Assembly: GCA_002633005.1 (NCBI GenBank)
Contig: NMRA01000165.1
Span: 377,541 to 441,540, forward strand
Direction: 5' to 3'
DNA length: 64,000 nt
Source: Phoronis australis
Taxonomy: Eukaryota > Animalia > Phoronida
Made by a program: the position numbers and the translations under genes. Below, piece by piece: positions 25,551-39,262 of this stretch (its first letter is position 1; the number at the start of each line of letters is the position of its first letter). The notes beneath the pieces are model-generated. The model made no database searches. It was given only the letters and a program-made list of their open reading frames with translations, and was not told where the DNA came from.

Positions 25551-27003
25551 GAATAAATGTAAACAGGAGATTGAAAATTGGGGAATTGTCATGTAGGTGG
25601 TCATTTGAAGCCAAGCAAAATACGAAATACTAACTTGAAAGCCGTTTACGCTCGTGGGTGGTGGCACGTGATCTTGTAAAATAAAAGGTGCAACATGTGA
25701 ACATGCGACACCTTTCTAGTTTTCGAAAGATGAAAGGTTGTCATATTTTTTCAAGGTAAATGTGTGAAATCAGAACTTGAAATGCTTTTTACTCAAATGA
25801 ATGAAATTAAGGCGAAGCTAAGGCGGTCTTTTGAAACCGTTCAAAAGACTGCTGAAAGGTGTGGGGTCACCTTGTACACATATTTTCAAAACTGTACAAT
25901 ATTTAAAAAGGTAAAGCTTCGTGCACTGTTGGTTCACTCGTGATCTTGAGTGGCACTTTTGCGGTTTCACCAATACTTTGAAACTTGAAAGGCTATTATG
26001 TCGTGCTGCGCAGTTTAGTTTGCCTACCGTGACTGGGACGCTACTACCCGTGAACAACTTTTCGAACGAGCGGAGGTATCAGTACATGAACTGCCAAGGA
26101 AACCCGGCTGTTCTTATGAAAGTTTCAAGTTTGTGTATCACTTACCTCCCTCTTTCATGTGGGATTTTTTTCATTAGGTCTACTATTTTCGTAATAAGAA
26201 TCAAAATTTCTCACGGCTAAGCTCTGGAAACAACAATGTCAAGTCTATGGACTATGATCGTTTTAACGTTATTTTAGGCCTTGGAACTCGGAACATCTCA
26301 TCGCAGTAATGTCAATTCATATTCATATCAGTCAAGCATTTAGATACTATGTTTTACACAATATCGGTATCCAAAGCATTTTAAGGAATTGTTTTTAAAT
26401 TGTTCCATTTTTGCATAATGGGTCGTCAAAACATAAGAATTCCTTTGATTTTCATAAAAAACATACAAGAAAGTTACACAAAACGATAACAAAATGACAA
26501 GTTGGAAAATTGTAATCGAGACACTATTTTTAAGATTTCGTATCAAACATCTATGTCAAATATTATTGAAACTGTTGTCTTGCTATCATTGTGCTAAATT
26601 TTACTTAAGACGTAACCCACAATCAATGACAGGCTGGTAAAAAGTCAAAACTCGAATTCTGCTGGTCTCTGCTTTCACAAAATAGTTATATATTTTTTCT
26701 GTGTTTATATAACTCAGAAAAGAATAGTCTAAAGTTTTGCAGATACTTGGCTTACACAAAGAAATGTCGATAAGGTCCCTACACAACCTTTACAAACATC
26801 TGCATCGACTGAACCTCCCAACATATGTAACCCATCATGAGTTTCACAAAATGTAATTTCTTAAACTTATTCCTGTTTTTCCTTCACTGATCTCTCATCG
26901 TCTTAATGATACACAGCATTACGTTTTGTGAAGCTTATGGCCATGACTTCGATTCTTGCTTTATTGTTTTTTTTTTGTTTTAATTTTAACAGTACCGTTG
27001 TTT

Positions 27004-28815
27004 CAGTGGCGGATCTACGTTTTCAGCAAGGGGGGTTTAGGATTCCCGCCAAGGTCGAATCCTAGGCGCGTGGTGCCGAGCGGGGGGAGGTCGGGAGGGG
27101 GGTTTCCCCTCCCGTGTAAGATATTTTTTTGTTTTTGTAGCCAAATAGTGAAATTTCCATGCATCCTGGTAAGTTTCTGGCACTTAACATGTCTCTGGAG
27201 TTTTTCTTAAGATAATTAAAAACCCTTCTCGATTTCGTCACTTGAACTTGGCACATAAGTTTCGTGAAACCATATTGTGCACATCTGGGTATGAGTCACG
27301 CTTCCAGCAAAAATTTTTGTTGGAACATCTGCTTACACACACCTTTTTAGCATACGAAAAGTCGTATACGAAAAAGTGTGGTGTGTATACAGGGGTTAAG
27401 ACAATTTCCAAATATTCAAGAGCATAGTTAAGGAGCACCGACGGGGCGTAAAAACTTGAATATCAGATGATCGCATAACAGCAGCCTCAAGTTGTTTAAG
27501 ACCTGTACTGTTAGTCCGGAAATAAATATGTGTTCTGTCTCGTTACGAGAAAAACTGGCGAACGATGGTGCTCTCAACTCATAGTCTATTATCAAAAGCG
27601 ACAATAAATAATTAGGTATCACTTTATTAAGTTGAATCACGTTGACAACAATTGAAAAACGTCAAATCTATCAGGAAACAAATCATCCAGTGAAAACAGT
27701 TTCACGAAACCAAAACATCCTGTGCACAGTGGTGAAAAGACACACTGGACTAGTTTGCAGAGGGACCAGATGTACACTGAGAGTACACAAAAAGCTGACC
27801 TGGTCCGTCACGAGACCAAGAGTACACCTGTGCTTATTATCCTATACAAATAGTCGATCTGTCGCGGGATCAAACAGTACTGGCTGAGATAAATAGTTTT
27901 ACAAAGCATACTTTGGTAAAAAAATCACAAGACTAGATCGGCGAGGGACCAGAAGTACACTGAAACTCAACATCTACACAAATCAAGCTGGCCTGGTCCG
28001 TCGCGAGACCTAAAGTGTACTATGCAAAAAATTTTGAAATGAAAACTTCTCTCTAAGATTTTAATCCCCAGTGGTTACTCATACGTTAGTCCTATCCTTC
28101 TGTTGTCTAGACTGCCGAGGAATTTGTATATCGGATCCAATGATTTGCTCGTCTTGGAACCATTCTACCCAGATATCTTCGATGTTTTTTCCCAACGCTT
28201 GCACTTCGTCAACTGCCGTGTCAATGAGCTGGTAAGCCTCTACAATGTCAGCATCTCGTTTCGCAGCTCAGTTGACACTAAGACCCTTGAGGTTGCCAAG
28301 TCCATTCGAAAGACTTACATGCGCAACTAAATTTGATCCGTTCATCATGGACTACTTCAAACCTTAACGAAGCATCCCAGGACCTATTTGCATCTCTTGC
28401 AATTTTCGAAATAAACGTCCCAATGTCTGAACGCTTGAAACCCGAAGTACTAATATCAAATAAATGCCCATGGGCATGAGCGTTTCATCGGGTGAGCCTT
28501 TCTGCGGAAATNCGGTGAATCCATCTAAAATGCTTGGCTACTTCAGAAGTGCCGACGGAAGCGCGCGCACAATAAATCCCCGCGCGTTTTGCCGATGAGC
28601 CACAAAGACTCAGCAATTCACAATGTAAAAAACTATATTTTCAGAGTGAACCCCCCTCTCAGTTTTTCCCAAGTTGGTTTACTTGGGGTTTACACACGCT
28701 GGCTGTGCCGTTTTTGTTTTGCTGGAGACGCTTTTGTTTTTTTTTTTAATTTTTGGGTCCTGGCCCGAGGGGGGGGGGTTTAAGCCCCCTGAACCCCCCC
28801 GTAGATCCGCCTCTG
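27004..28815 (-). mobile_element. Decayed hAT transposon with transposase fragment
   Basis: TIRs CAGTGGCGGATCTACG / CGTAGATCCGCCTCTG (15/16). Minus strand at about 28075-28495 reads LKGLSV*..KRDADIVEAYQLIDTAVDEVQALGKNIEDIWVEWF...IQIPRQSRQQKDRTN, similar to THAP12/PRKRIR-type hAT transposases. Confidence 0.75.
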
Positions 28816-28981
28816 TGTTTTATACCACAATAATTGTCACTTTTGTTATTCTGTATTGTACTGTTTGGGTCAGTGTTTTTTTGCCTCGTGTATGCGTGGT
28901 AAATCTGATAAACTATTTGAATTGGATTGTGCAATTTATGTTAAATCTCAACGGTCTTTTTACTGAGTCCTGCCAAATCAG

Positions 28982-29194
28982 CATGCGCGCATCCAAGGGG
29001 GGGGGGTGGCTCGGGGTAAAAAGGTCCGCCCCGAGAGACAGAAAGTCCGAGAAAATGAGACAAAAGTTCACTAAATAATCCAAACGCGCGCGCAATTCAC
29101 AGTGGTGCTCCCTTTTTTTTTTAGTCCGCCCTAACAAAAGGTCCACAACGCCGGGAATTCGAGCCCCCCAAATTAAAGGCTGGGTGCGCGCATG
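28982..29194. mobile_element. MITE with CATGCGCGCA TIRs
   Basis: CATGCGCGCATCC ... GGGTGCGCGCATG; flanks ATCAG/ACCAG. Related ends at 42646-42909. Confidence 0.6.
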
Positions 29195-29639
29195 ACCAGG
29201 CACTAATAATTGTTTCGCACAACATCCAATTTTTCCCAAAGGGACCGTCTGGTTTTCTGAACGTGAGTGAATGAAATGTTTTTCATAGTGACGCAGGGCA
29301 TGTCTCCGCAATCCTGAATTGTTGTGAGTGAGCCGACAAGTCACGGCGAGATACAGGTCGCATACATGCCGTGCACCGATGGCTGGTCAACAGCCAACTC
29401 CCTAAGCGTTTTCTTGAATTGCTCGGATGGTTTCCATGTTCTAGTTTTTAATGGAATTAGGAACCTGTCACGGTCAGGAATTTTATGAGACCGCATCTTA
29501 CACCCATGCAACGAAAATCATGACCTCAGAGACTCTCGGACACGTCACGTTGGCGTCAGAGTTTCTGCCCTTACCGCCAAGGGATCCCTGCTTTGCGTTC
29601 CCATATCAGGCGACCTCTATGGTGAGAAGTTGATGATGT

Positions 29640-29754
29640 CAAACTGACGTCAGCAAAGTGCAGCCGACCTTATTGTAGTAGGTTATTCAAGGACAGCGGA
29701 ACGGCTGGATCGCGTTCAACAGAAAGCCGTAGTCTCAATTAAAAGGCAGGTTTG
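29640..29754 (+). promoter_or_regulatory. Candidate promoter or non-coding first exon of the SLC25 gene
   Basis: CpG-richer patch with a full CRE palindrome TGACGTCA at 29645-29652 and a donor TTG|GTGAGT at 29755. The coding exon at 37484 begins with an acceptor, so an upstream exon is required. Confidence 0.35.
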
Positions 29755-32700
29755 GTGAGTGACAATTTCATGTTCAGATTTTATTTCGACCAACAATGAA
29801 CATGTGGTGTAAACACAGTTTTCCGATATTTATAATAGGCGGCATAAACAACAGAGCATGATTGTGATCACAGTTGCCAGTTGGCAGATTACGGAGTCCG
29901 GCCTCAGGCTCTGTCCACGTTCAGTAGGCAACAGCTCAGACAGTAGTATCGGGTTTCTTGCGTTTCAATGAAACTTGGTTAGCCCATTGATCAGTAAATC
30001 AGTGACAACCGGTATAATCTTGCCGGTTTTGACCGGCGCAAACAAACAGAGAACGTCAACTGACTGCCGGCGGGACAAAAATGAGTAAAATTTAGGCCTA
30101 CACAGCTTACGGATTGATAAAAAAACGAGAATCTTGTCGCTAATTTGTAGGCCTACTCCCATCTACCTTTTGTACATACGCGAAACAGACTACTCATTAC
30201 TTGTAAATTTCTGTTAAACACAGATATGTATACTCATGGACATTCAGCCTTGTCACTGATAGTTTTAAGTAGGCCTAAACCTTTAAGTTAATCCTTTATT
30301 TTATACTCTGTCTATTCTCCATAAGATGTTGTTCAGGTGCAGTCTTTATCATAGATATACTATAGAACATACATTTGGTCAAGGTAGCCTTTAAAGGACA
30401 TAAGTCTTCCTTCATGAAAGTGACTCCGGTAAATTCTTGCCAGTTTCGGAGAAAAAAAGTTGCTCTTTCATTCATTATGCATCGAATTATCATTGTGAAT
30501 GCTCAAATTTTACCGTATTTGTTTGCAAATACTCGTCCACTGGAAATTTCGTCTTCCAAAATGTACTCTCTTGGCTATGACTATGGTGCACCAAGCAAGA
30601 TGTATTTTTTTCCTCGTGCAGTTACTGAAATAATTGCAGTTTACTGAGTACAGCCCTGTTAATGAGAACCTTTTCTCTTGCAATATGATTCTTACAAAAA
30701 GAGAACTTTTTCAAGAGTTTTATTAGTGCTGTTTGCCTAGTTTTTCAATACATTCATCAGTTTGTCAAAATATTGAAGGTAATGCTTGGTCCAGTGTTCA
30801 ACTTGTAAACAGTAAAAAATAGTACTAGTTTGGGTTATGTACACTAATTAATTATCTACATTCAATCAGCATCGAATTTTGACTACAAGTTACAAATGTC
30901 TCCGATGGTCTCATGTGCTGTGCTATCTCTACTTGTTGGTTTGCCGCAAGTTGTCTTGAGAGATAGAGCACCTGCCTTTGCAACATCAGTTGTCATATGA
31001 CATGTCTTCTTTGATGTTACTGGCTAAGTCATGTGTGGCATTGTATTGCCCACACTTTGATAATGTCCACTGTTTTTTGTCAAACTGGATGCACTTTAAA
31101 ATGGCCATGTGTAATGCTAAAAATGCTTGGAATTCAGAGACAAAAATGCACAAATTTTTCAAGGACGGTCAGATTTTGCGATTCATTTTTTTATTTTGCA
31201 CAACTAAATAACCCTTTGCATATGAGATTCAGTTGGCATTTGGTAAGTGACCAGAAAATTTTATTTCAGCCTACAACACAGTCGACTCTCGAATATGTAC
31301 CTTGATTGTGATTTGCCCGATAGTTTAGGTAAACACACACATCTATAAATATTGTAAAAATTATTTTTACTGCTAAATAAATTTTGTCCATCACATGAAT
31401 TTCTCATTTACAGTGACTTCTACATCAACCAATGTACAGGTGAGGTCCAGGTACTTCATCCACTATTATGCGCAACGCTAAGCCGGTATTAAGCGATATT
31501 TATTGAAAATGTATTTCCATGCACAAACACAGTTAATTGAGTGTTGCGAATAGGGTCATAAAATGCAATAAACAGCCCTACCTATCAAAGTGTAAAACTG
31601 CTTTTTGAAAAACTACACATTTTCACGAATTAATGATTCAACTAATATGTAGAATATAAAAAAGTAACCGAAATTGGTGTGGGAATCATCATGAAAATCG
31701 GTTCGCAATAATAACTGCATTTACCTCTAGGTCAATATTAAATGGACTTCAGCTGCTTGGCTGATAAGGAAGGCAGTCTGGGCTCAATTATCTTCACCTG
31801 AATGACTTGTGATATAAGCAACATAAAAAGTATGGAAATGAGCTGTCAGAACTTGCTAGATAATGAGTGCAAACAGGTAGGTATTCTGTGTAAGCGACAG
31901 GTCTGTCTCATTTGTGAAGATTTTTTGATCACATGCTACATGTTGCATTTGTTAATTGACAACCATGAAATTTACACACAGCCTGTAACTTTTTCATGAC
32001 TCAAAGCCTGTTATTTTTCGACGCATTAGATCCAAGATGGCAGCTGTCGGTGGTGGCCATTTTGTCTTAAAAATATCACTTAAATTCTTATAAAATCTGC
32101 ATCTTTCACCATACTGCACTATTAATCAGCAAGTATATTTAAAACGACAGATGTTCTAGGGTTATGTGAAATTTCAGCTTCCTCAGTTCTGAAGTGGCAG
32201 ATAAAGCAGCATTTTTGTTAAGGAACCCAATTTTTTCCAAAACCCATTTTCAAAAGTCACAATGTGTGTGTAAGAGCTTTTACTTTGGATATATTTCATT
32301 AACACATTTGTCATGCAATTAACATTCAAGATGACGACTATGACTGCCAATTCGTCACAGTTTTTTATTTCTTATTTCATTTGGCCTGAAGATGCATTCT
32401 AAATGATTTGAGCAAACACTACAAAAATTTTATGAATTCTTTTAAAAATGCTCTGCTAAATGAACAGTAACAAGTTTCCTCAGTCTATGATTGATGTATT
32501 TCGAGGTATTTAACTTGTTAACAAACAAAAATTGAAAATTGACAAATTTATTAAATTTTTTGAAACTCAATAGTTAAGGTTATCTCAAACCTTATTTAGT
32601 AGCCTCCATTCTAACTACTATGTCAAAAAAGCTAAGCTTTGTTAACTAGTAAAAGTATATATTTCTCCTGAAAGAAAAAAGATCAGGGAATGTGAAAAAT

Positions 32701-35700
32701 GTTTTATATTTATGTGTCTTTATTATTATGACACTAACACTTTTCAAAGTCAACATTCCATGTTTAAGAAACCTGCATTCATAGCAAAATAACCCCTTGG
32801 TCGATTTTAATGAAATCTTTTTAAATGACAACTTCACCAGTTACCTCACAAACACTGTTAGGAATTTTCGATTAGCATTTTCACTGGATTTCTATGACAA
32901 ATCAACTCGCAAAAGGTAAGGTAATTTTGTAAAAAATAGAAGTTATATTCATCTTTGTTACATTAAGCAAAAACTAGGCCTGTATGTGGAAAATCCTAAC
33001 ATTGTTTTTGAGATTGATGCATAAATATTATGGTCGGAAAATTTCTGCGATATCCACCAAGCCGTTTTCGAGAACTCATGTTCCTAAGTTCAAATTAAGT
33101 CAATTTGCTGAAGCCGAGAAAAAGCCGATTATGTGGCGAGACTAGACAGTCTTTAGGACTTCAGTTAATTATTCAGTGAAAATGTGTTTTTGGTCAATAT
33201 AACCTATACACCCCTTAGCCACGTAATGTCATCTGAATTTGAAATCCGTAATTAACTTAATTATCACAAAAACATTTAATTTAAACCAAGTCGATCTCCA
33301 ATTCTTAGACTCCAACCAGGCCGGGCGGAGCCAGCAGATTAAGTTGGTCAAGCTGGTGCACTGTGCTCCACTTTAAAGTAGGTCAACAGTTCATTGTTAG
33401 ACACACCACGCACTGAGAGACTGACATGAAAACCAAGTACGAAATGAATACAGAAATTACCCTAAAGCAAGACTTCGGGGAGATTATGTGAGATATTGCT
33501 GTGTATTTTAAAAGAGAACACATGACGTGGGCTAAATTTTCGGTAGGTCCTAGTGTAGGTCCTAGCATTACTGAATGCACTCCAGGTTGGTAAAGCACGT
33601 TGTTAGCATGAGATCGAAACAGCGAAATGTCAAATTACCTGAATTAAGGAATTTGGGTGAGGATTTATATCTTTTCACAACTTGCTGTGTTCTTGAACAC
33701 AAAGTCACAGAGGCGTGAGGCGACTTGTAGCATTCATTCTCATTCTCAACGGTCGTATGCATGCAGACATGCAACTCTATCAGGATCACAGCCATGTTCT
33801 GTCTTCATTTTTCGTGGTATCTTTCTATCATATGTACACATCGTTGACTCAATATTATGGTGACTCGATGAATAAAAGGACTGAGAATACATCCGGAGCT
33901 GCTCTCTGCCTGGCGGAGATTCGATTTGAGTGACAACTCCGTAACCTTTGACCTCGGATAAGTAGTAAACAAATTTCCAGTGGTTGCAATGTGGTTCCAA
34001 GGTCAGATTATGAGCTAAATCTTTTTTTCGCTACATGGTATATATATTTCGTATTTGAAGTTTCCGAGAACGAAGATAAAGATATTTTGCTAGACATGTG
34101 ACTGTGAAATATTTTATTTTAAAAATGGCCAATTTTTGTGAATAAGATTTGAGGTATCCTTAAGTAGATTGTGTTCTTGGTTTCTCCTTTGTGTGGCTAT
34201 AGTGTACAAACACAATAGGCTTGTTTGCCAAGTTTAATCAGGCGTGATTCTAGGTCATGTCCTGATCATTGGAAATTTCTTGGTTTAGTGGTTCAGGGGA
34301 ATGGTTACCTAAGTTGAAACTGGTATCCTGCAATCAGATTCTTCCTTCGATGTCCAAGTAACAGCTCCATCGTCCTTTGACAAACTTTTCTGAAATTTTT
34401 TTACCAGGCAGATAAATCTCAGCCAAATAATCATTAATTTTTTAACCATTTTTATTTAGTGTTGAGTAATATGCGTCTCGGAACTGTAAATCTAATAGAA
34501 GTTTTACCCTGACTGTCAAAGCCCAGTTGTGAATAGCTAGCTGACACTGATTTCATTCCCTCTTGTCTGTTGCAAAATGATGAAAGCTTTGTACCATTGA
34601 TTTGTGATTCATCGATTATTTCAGTTCAATGTCCGACTCCAGGGCTGCGGATCTGACAACAATTTGCGTGGCATCTACATTCCCATTTTTTACTATTTGG
34701 CTTTGGCCTATATGTGGATAATACAGATACCCACAAAATCTTGAACAAGAATAGACTGATGGAAACTGCAGTCACATTCATTGTCTCAGTCACAATTTGA
34801 TGTTGAGGCTCATACAACTACGTTCCCAGCAATGGTACAATACACTACACTTTCTCTCCATCAAATGCACTTACACGTTGGAGAAACCTTCATCAAGTCT
34901 CCCCGTTTTTGGGATGAACCGAGCTGCGCATAGTATGGACTGGTCCCTGAACTGGTCGCTTTTAAATGCTTCACTGTTTACTGTCATACTCGTGTCCGAC
35001 GTCACACAAAAACTATATTTTTTAATTTTTGCATTTATTTCTTGATTAAAAGTACATTCTGTAGTGCCGTAGTGGTGTTGTCAGTGTTGCTCTGTCATAA
35101 AACTTGTTGTCTTCTGTTTGTTTCTTGTTGCATGCACAATTTTTAGCAGATCAACATAACGTTGACACACAACATGTCTTGTGAATGACTCGAAGCCTAC
35201 TGTTTTAAGTTGCTACAAGATGGCGCTGTGGCAACCATTTTTCTCTTTTTGTTTGCAGAGCCATAGCTCCGCTATTTCTGGCGGGATTTTTCTGATTTTT
35301 TTTTCTGTGGATAGATCATTTCAAGGGCTATCATAAGTCTTTTATTTGTTATTCTTTAGGTCTTATCGTTCTCGAGTTATTCGAGTCAGTGAGGACTGGT
35401 TTCCAAATAACTGAGTTTTTTGTTCCGTATATTGGGCATCCCTTGGCGGATCTGTCTGAAATTTGGTATGTGGATAGATCTTATCAGAAATGTGAAACCC
35501 GTTCTTACTTACGACTTACCATTGTCACGATATTTGAGATTTACTGCTCAGGTGACTGTTCTTTAGTGTTGACTAGGCGCTCATAATAGTTGCACTTTGT
35601 AAGCCTAGAGATCACGTTCTCGGTCTGATGGACACGAAATTTGCTTACAGTGTTTATTTATTCAATAACCTGAGGTCTTTTGTTGTTGAACGGAATTGGA

Positions 35701-35991
35701 TGCAAGATGGCATTGTTACAGCCATTTTTTAAATTGTGTTTGAGGATTTCTCGATCCACGATTCTTTGACCAAACCTTTTCAAGTTTGGTATATAAATGG
35801 ATCTAATCAAGGGCTAATACATTGGTTTTGTCATCCACCTCACCTTAAAATTTTCAAGTGTATTTGGTGATGTTGTGGTCTTGAATGATATCCTAAGTTT
35901 CGTTGGTGTCATGTCCAAGTGTGAGGTTTGTCGTCATATTGATTTTACTTTGAGTCCTTCCTCAGAGCACTTTAATTTAAGATGCACTTAA

Positions 35992-37317
35992 AGGCGAAGG
36001 CAACCTTTTTTCATGTCACTTTTAGCAAAAATAAGGTTTGTTGATTATCCCAGACACATTTTTCACTTAATTACAGCTTTTCGTAATTTGATTAATTTCT
36101 CGTCCTCTACTCCGGAAGTGACGTTTTGGGAGGCAAGAGCTTCGCGCCAATTTCTTTTCATTATAGTCTGACTGTGAGAGCTGTCGAGTCAGTCGTTGTT
36201 CTATCTCGGTTGTGATAAGTTCGGTCGTCGTTTGCTTGTGTTAAGTCAGTCAACATGCCACGCTGTTGCTGCGTGCCGGGATGTACTCATTATCGTCTCA
36301 CACGCGCTTTGGGTACCTTGCGTCGCTTTCTGAAGGATGACACACTTCGCCGTACTTGGCTAGCTCGGTCATGTGAAAAACGCAGCGCTACCCGTCCACG
36401 CAACGTACAAAGCAGTGGAGGGTTACCGAGTGTGTGTCACTCAAGCATTTTTTGCCGTCAGATTATGACAGATATGTACGCTGAATTGATGAAGGTCCCT
36501 ACGAAACATCGCCTGAAGTAGGGTACCATACTGTCGCTGTTGATTCCCGGCAGTGCCCCGTCGCCAATCCCGAGAAGTGCGTTTTTGAAGTGAGAAGCTT
36601 CATGAGCTGTTGCCACTATATACAGTGACTGGAGGCACTTCATCGACTGTCAACCGTGCCTCCGAACGTACCCCATTGCGTGCAATTACGGGAACTAGCA
36701 GTGATTCGCCCTGTGCTGTTGTCTCTAGCCCAGAGCCTGTAAGCAGCCCTGCAGCGATGTTGAATAGTGGGAGTGAATACAGGCTCAGTTCGACGACCAG
36801 TGAAGAGGACAGTTCGTCATCCAATGAACAGATCGGTGAGCCTAAGTTTGATAAGTTTATTGTGGACTTGTATAGGAGCTATTTGGAAGCTGCCAGGTGT
36901 GTGGCGAGGGAGTCACACGACGGAGCAGTTTGGGTGCTCAGATCACCCTCCAATGGGAGTGTGTCGTGGGACACTCGGGCAAGTGGGACAGTTCTTCCTC
37001 TGTACGTGAGACGATAATGAGTACACCCCAGTACGCAGCAACAGCGTGGCATGTTGACTGACTCGTAAGCAAAAGGAAACGACGACCGAACTTATCACAA
37101 CCAAGGTAGAATAATGACTGACTCGACTGCTCTCACAGTCAGACTATATGAAAAGAAATTGGCGCAAAATTCTTGCCTCCCAAAACGTCACTTCCGGAGT
37201 AGACGACGAGTATTTAATTAAATTACGAAAAGCAGTAAATAAGTGAAAAATATGTCTGGGATAATCAAAGAACCTTATTTTTGCTAAAAATGACATGAAA
37301 AAAGGTTGCCTTCGCCT
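35992..37317 (+). mobile_element. Kolobok-like non-autonomous DNA transposon with decayed THAP and transposase N-terminus
   Basis: TTAA on both sides (35988-35991, 37318-37321) and AGGCGAAGGCAACC termini. TIRs about 310 bp. THAP-like MPRCCCVPGC..LRRF.KD..LRRTW..VC..RLK starts at 36255. Confidence 0.85.
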
Positions 37318-37549
37318 TTAAAAAAGTTCCCAGCTGTGCGTAGCTGCCCACCCCCTGAGTATTAAGTTTCTCAATGTTGAAAATGCCCTTGGCATTTACC
37401 CAGCCAAGATTAGGTTGTATCAAATTTATAAATCAATCATTGTGTTGACGAATTTACAAGTACTAATTGTTTGTATTTTGCAGATAAATTGATCAAGTAA
37501 AAGAACCGCATTTAAGAATCAGCGTCAAATTTTCACAAGTTACAGTTGA

Positions 37550-37566
37550 ATGGATTCAAACTTTTC
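37550..37566 (+). CDS. SLC25A22: Mitochondrial glutamate carrier (SLC25A22/18-like), first coding exon (exon spans 37484-37566)
   Basis: Acceptor tattttgcAG at 37482-37483. ATG GAT TCA AAC TTT TC|GTAAGT, phase 2, joins the next exon to give [14 protein letters not shown]. Vertebrate GC1 also has a short first coding exon. Confidence 0.7.
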
Positions 37567-37665
37567 GTAAGTATTCAAACCGACTAGCTGATTAGAGTGG
37601 GACTGTGTTTTGTCTTCGTAAGTATTCAAACCCACTAGCATTAGAGTGGAACTGTGTTTTGTCTT
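37564..37665 (+). repeat. Tandem duplication of about 51 bp that includes the 5' splice site
   Basis: TTCGTAAGTATTCAAACC.ACTAGC..ATTAGAGTGG.ACTGTGTTTTGTC twice; donors at 37567 and 37618. Confidence 0.85.
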
Positions 37666-39262
37666 TATCTAGTGTTGGTCTTTTTGACAGTTTTGTAATC
37701 TTGAAGACTTGATGACCTCTTGATATTACCAGTAAACACAGCTCAAGGTTAAAGGAAGTTCTGGAGATTGCAATAAAATTCCAAGGCATTCAAGGGACTT
37801 TAAAAGTGTTACTGAAATTCTAGTGCAGCTCCAAGGTGCATGTCCACACTTAGTCTTCAACACTCATATTGTGTCCTTTATCTAATTATTCTGACAGCTT
37901 ATCAGGCCTCCAACACTCAGCCTGATAAATGGTCAGTGACCTGAATTAAACTGGTTTGCCCTCCAGGCCACTTTACCAAGAATTAAATGTAAATCTATGA
38001 ATATTTTACTCACATAATTTGCTAAGTACCTTTTATCTAGCTAGTCCTAAACACAAAATCATTTCAGCTGTGACCTGCTCATCCTGGGAAAACTAAGTAA
38101 ATTAAATGATTCTACTGTGCTTTAATCGCTTACGATTTACTTTTACATCAATTTTCACAAGAGTTGATGGAAAATTGAATTTTTCATTCCCTGTTTAAAT
38201 GTGTTTTAAGTGCTATATTTCACTGCATATTGTCAAGTATGTAATCTCTCCAATACTAATCTGAGTAATAGGGTAAGTTGACTACTGTCTTCATGTGTTA
38301 TTTTGCAAACAAGAAAAAATTGATATACTCACTGGATTAAATCCTTTTTATTTTCATGGCAGACTTTATGATTGGTAAAGTCTCACTAATTTTGGACAAA
38401 CGTAATTGTCAAAATTGATCTATTTTTGTTTTTCAAAGCCTCATGTGAATGACCACAGTTTGTCAAAACATTGTGTGTAGGTAGCTATGGTGCAGAACTT
38501 TAAGATGTTGAAGCATTTAGTTGGGGCTACTTCTCTGTCTCGAAAGAAATCAGGGAATAACGTTTCACTTGTGAGCCATATTGTTTCCTTAACTGGTGAG
38601 ATTTTACCATTGTGTATTTCTAAAATTCCTAATAATCTGTGTTGTGACCACTTTCTGATCACGCAATAAACATAAGATGATTTAAACAACAGTTTAAGGG
38701 AACAAGTACACTAAAACATGTGACATAATTGGGTGTTTAGGGCCTAGAAACTGAGCTGGCTGCCTCTACAACTAGTGAGTCATACAATCGAGATGATTAG
38801 CTCATGTAGAAGCAGACAGCTCAGCACTGGCCCTTAGATTTGGTTACAGTAAAGTCCCTCGAATTTCAAAGGCTTGTGAAATACCCACAGTTTTCCAGAA
38901 CATTGTCAGATAGTAATTATGACGAACTATAGCAAAGCAATGAAGCATTTGTTTTATGTTACTAATCTTTTTGTGAACGAATTCACTTTTCCAGCTTATA
39001 ATGTCTCAGTTTGGTGCAATTTTACTGTAACCTGTTTCTAGCAGGCCACGCTTTGTTGGCACAGGCTTGAGGTTTGGTTCTTGATAGCCTTTGATGTCTC
39101 TCATGTATTCCGCAGTTTCATGTTTCAGCTACAACTATGCATTATTGTAATCTCAATTTCGCACCAAAATAGTTGCTGAAATTGACATTTATACATTTTT
39201 CAATGGCCGATATCTTCCTTAAAATGTTATGAAATCCTTAAATGTTTTATGAAATCTACACA

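Noticed and set aside
31770-33153. Possible large MITE with degenerate TIRs
   Set aside because: The TIR match is poor and there is no TSD, so boundaries cannot be supported.
36255-36521. Functional host THAP-domain gene
   Set aside because: Frameshift at the CxxHF motif and an in-frame stop before the AVPT-like motif; it lies within transposon TIRs.
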